This document shows positions 45,380 through 51,008 of a stretch of 51,008 nt of DNA, one piece after another (position 1 is the first letter of the stretch; each line of letters begins with the position of its first letter). The notes beneath the pieces are model-generated. The model had not been told where the DNA came from and did no database searches. It was given only the letters and a program-made list of their open reading frames with translations. The translations under genes and the position numbers were made by a program. Source of the stretch: Acetobacteraceae bacterium (GTDB lineage: Bacteria; Pseudomonadota; Alphaproteobacteria; Acetobacterales; Acetobacteraceae); the NCBI GenBank assembly GCA_025352995.1, contig JANXRN010000330.1, forward strand, positions 1 through 51,008, in the 5' to 3' direction.

Positions 45380-46933
45380 TTAACTGAAGAATCGAGTCGT
45401 ATCGGTCGTCGTTACATTCAAGAATTTCAACCTGGTGCCGTCTGACAAGGTAACATCCACATTAAACCTGCCTCCGGCCACCGACGCGGAACTCGAAAGG
45501 CTAACCGCAGGCGCTGCTAGAGTTCCGCCTGACGCGTAGCCAGCGGTCAGTCTAAAGACATCGATACCGACGACGAAATCACCAATCGTATCTGACCCAC
45601 CTGCCGCATAAAGTTGGTAGGTATCTGCATTGGTTGTGGACGCTTCGACCGAACCGTGCTGTCCGTAGACGAACGCCGAACCAGATCCCAATTGGATGGT
45701 ATTTGCGCCACCCGCGCCACCTAACACAGTCGTAGAACTGCCTGAAGCACCAGTCCGGAAAGTGTTCCCCGGCGCATTAAAGCCGCCCAAACCTGCCAGC
45801 ACGTCATTACCGCCACCGGCGATTAGCAGATCTCCACCCGCCATAGCGAATAGTTGGTCATCGCCTGCACCACCTATCAGGGTGGTCACGGCGTTGACAG
45901 TGCTGGTCAGCATCACACCGCCACGGGCGCCGGCGGTAAACATGCCCCTTCCGCCAAACACCGTGGTTCCACCAGTGCCGCCTGTAACGGTTTCCGACCC
46001 AGTGTTGGAGCCGGCCAGCACCACCACGTCCGACGCGTTCGGATTAATGAAGGCATTGCCGCCGTTCTGGATGTAGATAAGCCGCGAGTTGGACACTGTT
46101 GGGCTGGCGCCTGGCACTGTCGTCGTAATCGTCAGGGCCGCCGTTGCACCGGAGATACTCACCACGGCCGGAACAGTACTTGACCCTGCCGCAACTGTGG
46201 CGCTCGAAAGAGCAATAACCACGGTGCCACTCTGCGCAACCACATTCGCGCTGGTGCTGCTATTTGTGTTAATGTTGATCAAGGAGTTGTTACCAATGGT
46301 GACATTGGAAGTTCCGACCGTCGCATCGATATATGCCCGCCCATCGCCAAGCGACTGCCCGCCGGTAAGGGTTGCACTGGTCGACGAGCTGGTACCCGAG
46401 TTGCCGATGTAGCTGTTACCACCCGTAAGAAGCACGCTGCCGCTGCTCGACCGGTTAACGTAAGCCGTATTGCTGCCGCCGCCGGCGATCAAGGTGGATG
46501 GGACCGTGGAGCTGATGACCGCGACAGTTCCGCCGGACGTATCCGTATTCAAAACTTGGTTAATGTTGTTCGACAATACGCCCAAATTCGCGACACCCGC
46601 TTGGGTGGCGGTGATTGTTACAGGGACTGTCGAACCGGTCGTGGATGCCACCGTCGAGCTTATCGTGGCGGCGTTTATGGTCTGGACCACAAACGCGGAC
46701 GCGATGGTCACCGATGTCACTGACCCGCTGACAGTTGCCGCCCGCGTTGCAGGAACCGTGCTGATGGGGACGGTCGAGTTTGGATTGAAACTCTGAATAT
46801 TCAACGACCCAGAGCTAACCTGTGACGTTAGAGCGGCTAGAGCGCTCGTGGCTATTGAGTTACTGGGATCAGCCGACACCGGCAACGAAATAGTGATCGT
46901 TCCTACAGTCGCGACGATAGTTGAGTCAGCCAT
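45380..46933 (-). CDS. Repeat-rich secreted protein with RTX-type calcium-binding repeats (probable T1SS substrate)
   Basis: No signal peptide and a Thr/Ser/Gly/Ala/Val-rich N-terminus. Contains GGAGDDQLF and GGGNDVLAG nonapeptides, plus a DTIGDFVVGIDVFRL motif near the C-terminus. Confidence 0.65.
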   Translation of the reverse strand: MADSTIVATVGTITISLPVSADPSNSIATSALAALTSQVSSGSLNIQSFNPNSTVPISTVPATRAATVSGSVTSVTIASAFVVQTINAATISSTVASTTGSTVPVTITATQAGVANLGVLSNNINQVLNTDTSGGTVAVISSTVPSTLIAGGGSNTAYVNRSSSGSVLLTGGNSYIGNSGTSSSTSATLTGGQSLGDGRAYIDATVGTSNVTIGNNSLININTNSSTSANVVAQSGTVVIALSSATVAAGSSTVPAVVSISGATAALTITTTVPGASPTVSNSRLIYIQNGGNAFINPNASDVVVLAGSNTGSETVTGGTGGTTVFGGRGMFTAGARGGVMLTSTVNAVTTLIGGAGDDQLFAMAGGDLLIAGGGNDVLAGLGGFNAPGNTFRTGASGSSTTVLGGAGGANTIQLGSGSAFVYGQHGSVEASTTNADTYQLYAAGGSDTIGDFVVGIDVFRLTAGYASGGTLAAPAVSLSSSASVAGGRFNVDVTLSDGTRLKFLNVTTTDTTRFFS

Positions 46934-47206
46934 ATGTCGATTCCAGCCTGCTAATGCGATGAAACACGCGTTAGATTGGTTTTAGCCTGACTATGGTGGT
47001 TATGCAAGTATCAACATGTGACAGGAGTGTTTAAAAAATGAGGCATGTCGCAAAATCTTAACCTCTATGCGGCCGTCCCTTCGCACTGCAACACGAACAC
47101 CGCAAAATCAGCGATCGCAGAGTACGCAACATATCAATATATTACAGCACAGAGTCGAGTGCCGGGAGGGTAGTTTCGTTCCCCTGGCATCCGATTATCA
47201 ACTGGA

Positions 47207-47581
47207 TCACTCCTGGTCGCGTAAAGATTTGTTACTTTCCCGAGCAAGGCGCGTGGCGGTGCGCAGGAGAAACGCCCGGTCCTCATCACTACAGGCGCGA
47301 TAGAGCCGTAACAAGGCGAGTTCCACCGCACCTTCGGCCGCTGCATCGGCCGCAGACTCACGCGAACCGTCCACAATATAAGCGACCGGCACCCGGAGAA
47401 TCGCTGCAACCTTCGATAGATTGCCGCGCACCTGCCCCGCACGATCGGTTTCCCATTGAGCAACCGCGCTGCGGCTAACCCCAACCGCTCGGGCTAAGTC
47501 TCCTTGGGTCATTCCGAGGGCTCGGCGGGCATTGCGGATACGTGCGCCCGCGGGCGGGTCGAGATCATGTGTGTCGGTCAT
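47207..47581 (-). CDS. XRE-family HTH transcriptional repressor
   Basis: IRNARRALGMTQGDLARAVGVSRSAVAQWE. Confidence 0.85.
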   Translation of the reverse strand: MTDTHDLDPPAGARIRNARRALGMTQGDLARAVGVSRSAVAQWETDRAGQVRGNLSKVAAILRVPVAYIVDGSRESAADAAAEGAVELALLRLYRACSDEDRAFLLRTATRLARESNKSLRDQE

Positions 47582-47684
47582 GCCATTGTTTTAAGCAAGC
47601 CGAACTAACATCGCAATGTTTTTATTATTGACTTTGAAAGTTATTTCATTTAACTTTTGATTTAGCAAAATCACGAGGTAATTC

Positions 47685-47993
47685 ATGCCCGAGCCACTGA
47701 TCTGGTCGTTGCCCAACGACCTGCAACTCCGCCGGATGCGCGCCGAGGGTGCGTGCTGGGACGATATTGCCACCACGCTTCGGGTGAGCCGTTGGTCCGT
47801 CATTGAACGAGGCCGGAAAATCGGTGCCTACAAAAACCCTCGGGTCGCAAGCGGCCCCATCACGCCCGTCGCCAGCGATTCTGGCCGCGAGCCGCTCCCG
47901 GCGGGACACGCGGCAAGCTGGGGCGCGCTCATTGCCCACACAACTCTCCACGGACAATCCTATCCGTGGCCACCTTTGCCGTTTGGGGGCTAA
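47685..47993 (+). CDS. GcrA-N-terminal-like HTH protein (102 aa)
   Basis: GAGG RBS. WSLPNDLQLRRMRAEGACWDDIATTLRVSRWSVIERGRKIG aligns by eye with the GcrA N-terminus (W..e....L..lw..G.S...IA..L.gvtRnAViGK.hRLG). Confidence 0.5.
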   Translation: MPEPLIWSLPNDLQLRRMRAEGACWDDIATTLRVSRWSVIERGRKIGAYKNPRVASGPITPVASDSGREPLPAGHAASWGALIAHTTLHGQSYPWPPLPFGG

Positions 47994-47996
47994 GTC

Positions 47997-48479
47997 ATGG
48001 CTGCATTATCGAACGATAACGCCCGGCTGGACGCAGCCACCGTCATTCAGCGTCTTGAAGAATGTGGGCGCACCCTACTGGCACTGCCCGCGGGCGGGTA
48101 TTCCACCCGCATGCGCGGCTTCAATCTCGACGTCGTAAGGAGCGCCGTGGAGGCAAATGGGTGGGAAGGTGGAAAGTTACGGCCATCCATTCCAAGTGCG
48201 AGCCACATCACCCGCATGGACGATGCATTGCGCTGGGTGCAGTTGATCCCGCAGGACCGTTATGTGCTGCGGCGCATTGTTGGGGCACGCAGCTTGGTCA
48301 GCCCGCTGAACGACAAGCATCTTTTCCCATGGCGCCGCCTGGGCACGATGCTTGGCGCCGACCACAAAGCGATCCAAAGGTGGCATGGCCAGGGTATCGA
48401 CCTGATCGTCGCAGGCCTAAATGGGTTTGCGCCCGGCCAAATGAAACGGGCCGAGCGGGTGAGCGCAACCCGAATGTAG
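47997..48479 (+). CDS. Hypothetical regulator with a sigma-70 region-4-like C-terminal HTH (160 aa)
   Basis: Starts 3 nt after the upstream stop. DRYVLRRIVGARSL...PWRRLGTMLGADHKAIQRWHGQGIDLIVAGL follows the region-4/LuxR-type pattern. Confidence 0.45.
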   Translation: MAALSNDNARLDAATVIQRLEECGRTLLALPAGGYSTRMRGFNLDVVRSAVEANGWEGGKLRPSIPSASHITRMDDALRWVQLIPQDRYVLRRIVGARSLVSPLNDKHLFPWRRLGTMLGADHKAIQRWHGQGIDLIVAGLNGFAPGQMKRAERVSATRM

Positions 48480-48544
48480 GCTCCGTGCTGGCGAGATTGG
48501 GGCGAACTGGGCATCATGCGACGGTTGCAAAAGGGTAGAGCGGA

Positions 48545-49525
48545 ATGACCGTGACATATATCGACGGAATTAACGTGCCTGATTTGACTGCTATCGCTGA
48601 GATTGCGGTTGCCCTCAAACCCTTCATTCGGACAACGCCGATATATGAGACGATTATAGACAATGATATCAGAGCAGTATTTAAATTGGAGATGCTGCAG
48701 GCCAGCGGGACCTTCAAGGCGCGGGGGGCTTTCTCCAATCTGCTGGGATTAAGCGACCCTCAGGCCCAGGCCGGTGTGACCTGCGTGTCGGCGGGCAACC
48801 ACGCGGTGGCGGTAGCCTATGCCGCAATGGTGATGGGTATTTCGGCAAAGGTCGTCATGTTGGCGACCGCAAATCCGGCCCGGGTCGCGCTATGCCGCGC
48901 ATTCGGCGCTGATATTGTCATCGAGCCTGACGGCGCGCAGGGCTTCGCCCGGGTCCGCCAGATTGAGAGCGACGAGGGGCGGTTCTTTGTGCATCCGTTC
49001 AATGGGTATCGGACAATTCTCGGGACCGCGACACTTGGCGCCGAATGGGCGCAGCAGGCGGGCAGGCTTGATGCAATCGTGTTGCCAATCGGTGGTGGCG
49101 GACTAGCCGCAGGGGTGGCAACGGCCGTCAAGCTTCTACAACCGGACATCGAGGTGTATGGCGTTGAACCTGCCGGGGCGGCGTCGATGGCGCGCAGTTT
49201 TGCTGAGGGCGGGCCGATCAAGATGGGGCCAATGCATAGTATCGCCGACAGTCTCATGGCGCCGCATACGGAGGCTTACAGTTATGGGCTATGCCGGCGT
49301 GCGATCGATCATCTAACGACCGTCGATGACACGATGATCCGGGATGCCATGCGGTTCCTGTTTGATGGCTTGAAGCTCGCAATTGAGCCGGCGTGTGCCG
49401 TTGCGACGGCCGCAGTGCTTGGGCCCCTCCGCGAGACCCTATCGGGCAAGCGGGTCGGCGTGCTGTTGTGTGGCAGCAACACCGATGCGACGACGTTTGC
49501 GCACCATATTGGGAACATGACCTGA
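48545..49525 (+). CDS. PLP-dependent threonine/serine dehydratase family protein
   Basis: LQASGTFKARGA (PLP lysine), SAGNHA and PIGGGGL motifs. Confidence 0.85.
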   Translation: MTVTYIDGINVPDLTAIAEIAVALKPFIRTTPIYETIIDNDIRAVFKLEMLQASGTFKARGAFSNLLGLSDPQAQAGVTCVSAGNHAVAVAYAAMVMGISAKVVMLATANPARVALCRAFGADIVIEPDGAQGFARVRQIESDEGRFFVHPFNGYRTILGTATLGAEWAQQAGRLDAIVLPIGGGGLAAGVATAVKLLQPDIEVYGVEPAGAASMARSFAEGGPIKMGPMHSIADSLMAPHTEAYSYGLCRRAIDHLTTVDDTMIRDAMRFLFDGLKLAIEPACAVATAAVLGPLRETLSGKRVGVLLCGSNTDATTFAHHIGNMT

Positions 49526-49582
49526 CGCCGGACGACGCTCCATCACACCCAGAGAAATCCGCGCGTGGGGTTCACCTTTCCT

Positions 49583-50728
49583 ATGTTTCAATCGCTTAGC
49601 CTAGACGTCAAACGGCTCCTATGGCTGACCGGGGTGCTATGCGCCACGCTCGCCGCAGGTGGGGTGAGTGCCCAAACCGTCGTGAAGCCACCCGTCACTG
49701 TCGCGCAAACTGCACCGCTGAGCCTGCGACTTGAAGGGGCACTTACCTTGCGGTCGCCACCTACGCCGTGGGGCAAAATTACGCTTGACGAAAGCACCAG
49801 GCGGCTATTTCTGGCCCGGCGCGCCGCGGGTGTCAGCGTCTATAATATTGATACGCTCAAGCCGCTGGCCGAAATCTCTGATGCGAAAGGGGCGGTGGCA
49901 GTGGCCATCGCCGAGGGAATTGGTGGGCAAGCAGGTCGTGGATTCACGGCAAACGGGGATGTCGGCGAGAAATCGCTTACTGTTTTCGATCTCGCCAGCT
50001 ACAAAACGGTCGCCAAGGTGGCACTCGATTTCGTGCCGGCCAGCCTGGTTTATGACGCGGGTAGCCAGCGCTTGGCAGTCATGGCGGAGTCAAGCGGCCC
50101 TGTTACCTCAATATATCTGGTCGATCCGCTCAAGCTGGATGTCGTGAAAAAGTTGGAGGTGGCAACGCCTGCGCCAGGGGGCATGACGGTTGATGGTCGC
50201 GGCCGGCTGTTCGTGACATTGCCGGATAAGGACAGTGTGGCAATCTATAACCTCGTCAGTGGCGAGGCACTTGGCACTTGGCCGACCGCACCGTGCCGGC
50301 AGCCGGGTTTGGTGGCCTTCGAGCGTCTGAGCTTTCGCCTGGTGATGACGTGTGGCGCGACACCTTGGATAGCGACAACGATCGACGTCATGTCAGGCAG
50401 AGTTGCCGCGAGCGTGCGGATCGGCAATCAGCCAGGGCAAATTGCTATCGATTCCCGCGATGGCCTGCTCTATTTCGCCTCTGGCGCGGAGGCAACGCTT
50501 ACCGTCGTGCGTGCACGCGGGACAGATCGTTATGACGTGCTCGAACAAATCAGCACCCGGACTTTGGCCCAGGAAATCGCAGTCGACAGCCGCACCGGGC
50601 GGGTTTTCATGGTGGCGGCAGACGTCGTGCGGAGTGTGCCGCCACAAAGTGATGGGCCGGCCACGACCCGGATCGTGGCCAATAGTTTCGCGATCCTGGT
50701 TTATCGACGGATGCCGATCGAGCCGTGA
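49583..50728 (+). CDS. Secreted YncE/YVTN-like beta-propeller repeat protein
   Basis: The ATG at 49583 gives a signal peptide ending AGGVSAQT. Repeated ~40-aa blades are present. Confidence 0.6.
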   Translation: MFQSLSLDVKRLLWLTGVLCATLAAGGVSAQTVVKPPVTVAQTAPLSLRLEGALTLRSPPTPWGKITLDESTRRLFLARRAAGVSVYNIDTLKPLAEISDAKGAVAVAIAEGIGGQAGRGFTANGDVGEKSLTVFDLASYKTVAKVALDFVPASLVYDAGSQRLAVMAESSGPVTSIYLVDPLKLDVVKKLEVATPAPGGMTVDGRGRLFVTLPDKDSVAIYNLVSGEALGTWPTAPCRQPGLVAFERLSFRLVMTCGATPWIATTIDVMSGRVAASVRIGNQPGQIAIDSRDGLLYFASGAEATLTVVRARGTDRYDVLEQISTRTLAQEIAVDSRTGRVFMVAADVVRSVPPQSDGPATTRIVANSFAILVYRRMPIEP

Positions 50729-50797
50729 GGATCAAATCCAGCTTAAACACTATCAGGATTGTAGCAAATTCGAGAACGGGTTTATGCGCATCGGTTC

Positions 50798-51008
50798 CTA
50801 AAGGACGGTGAGGGCTTGCCAGTAACGTCCACCCGCAATGGCGGCGGCGATGTCAGGTGCGGCTTCGGGATCGAACTTGCGGGCAAAAAGCGCCGATGCG
50901 CTGGCGATGCGAAACCCAGGCAGATCAAGCGTATCATCGCCCCCGGCCCTGCGGATGTGATCGGCGAACATCGGCGTGCCCTGCAATTTTCTCCCCGCCA
51001 TTAGCTGA
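50798..51008 (-). CDS. Hypothetical protein, possibly 5'-truncated by the window edge
   Basis: The open frame continues to the last base of the window. No family recognised. Confidence 0.3.
   Translation of the reverse strand, partial: QLMAGRKLQGTPMFADHIRRAGGDDTLDLPGFRIASASALFARKFDPEAAPDIAAAIAGGRYWQALTVL

Overview
GC-rich alphaproteobacterial chromosome segment. Taxon evidence: separate petA/petB/petC genes, an alpha-type GAAC-N7-GAAC SOS box, a CtrA-type box, Hint_2 and PEP-CTERM proteins, and a GcrA-like HTH. Positions 1-15 kb are ordinary housekeeping genes: a Hint-domain surface protein (partial), a PEP-CTERM protein, an IS5 remnant, degP-hflC-hflK, apbC/mrp, hemF, petABC, mtnP, a HAD hydrolase and pyrD. 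Positions 48.5-51 kb are also cellular: a PLP dehydratase and a beta-propeller protein. The centre (19.9-43.4 kb) is one minus-strand, translationally coupled, phage-derived operon. Its order is large terminase, portal, scaffold, major capsid, four head-tail proteins, sheath, tube, chaperone (with a -1 frameshift site), a short Pro-rich tape-measure-like protein, gpU/X/D/V/W/J/I-like baseplate proteins, a Gly-rich fibre, an adaptor, two beta-helix tailspikes and a small membrane protein. I found no integrase, replication genes, small terminase, canonical lysis cassette, tRNA or border repeats anywhere in the window. Regulatory-looking modules sit at a distance on both sides. On the left are a LexA-box-controlled divergent pair (CI-like S24 repressor and a small basic protein) and a consensus CtrA box next to a MarR gene. 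On the right is an XRE repressor divergent from a GcrA-like HTH gene and a sigma-region-4-like gene. My main hypothesis is a host-integrated (SOS/CtrA-wired) contractile-tail gene-transfer-agent-like or domesticated prophage element, which would differ from the known siphovirus-like RcGTA family. Secondary items are Hint-domain and RTX-like secreted proteins, including an orphan Hint domain, shared promoter motifs, and a leader with a terminator abutting an RBS. All functional calls rest on motif recognition and gene order by eye; no database search was possible.
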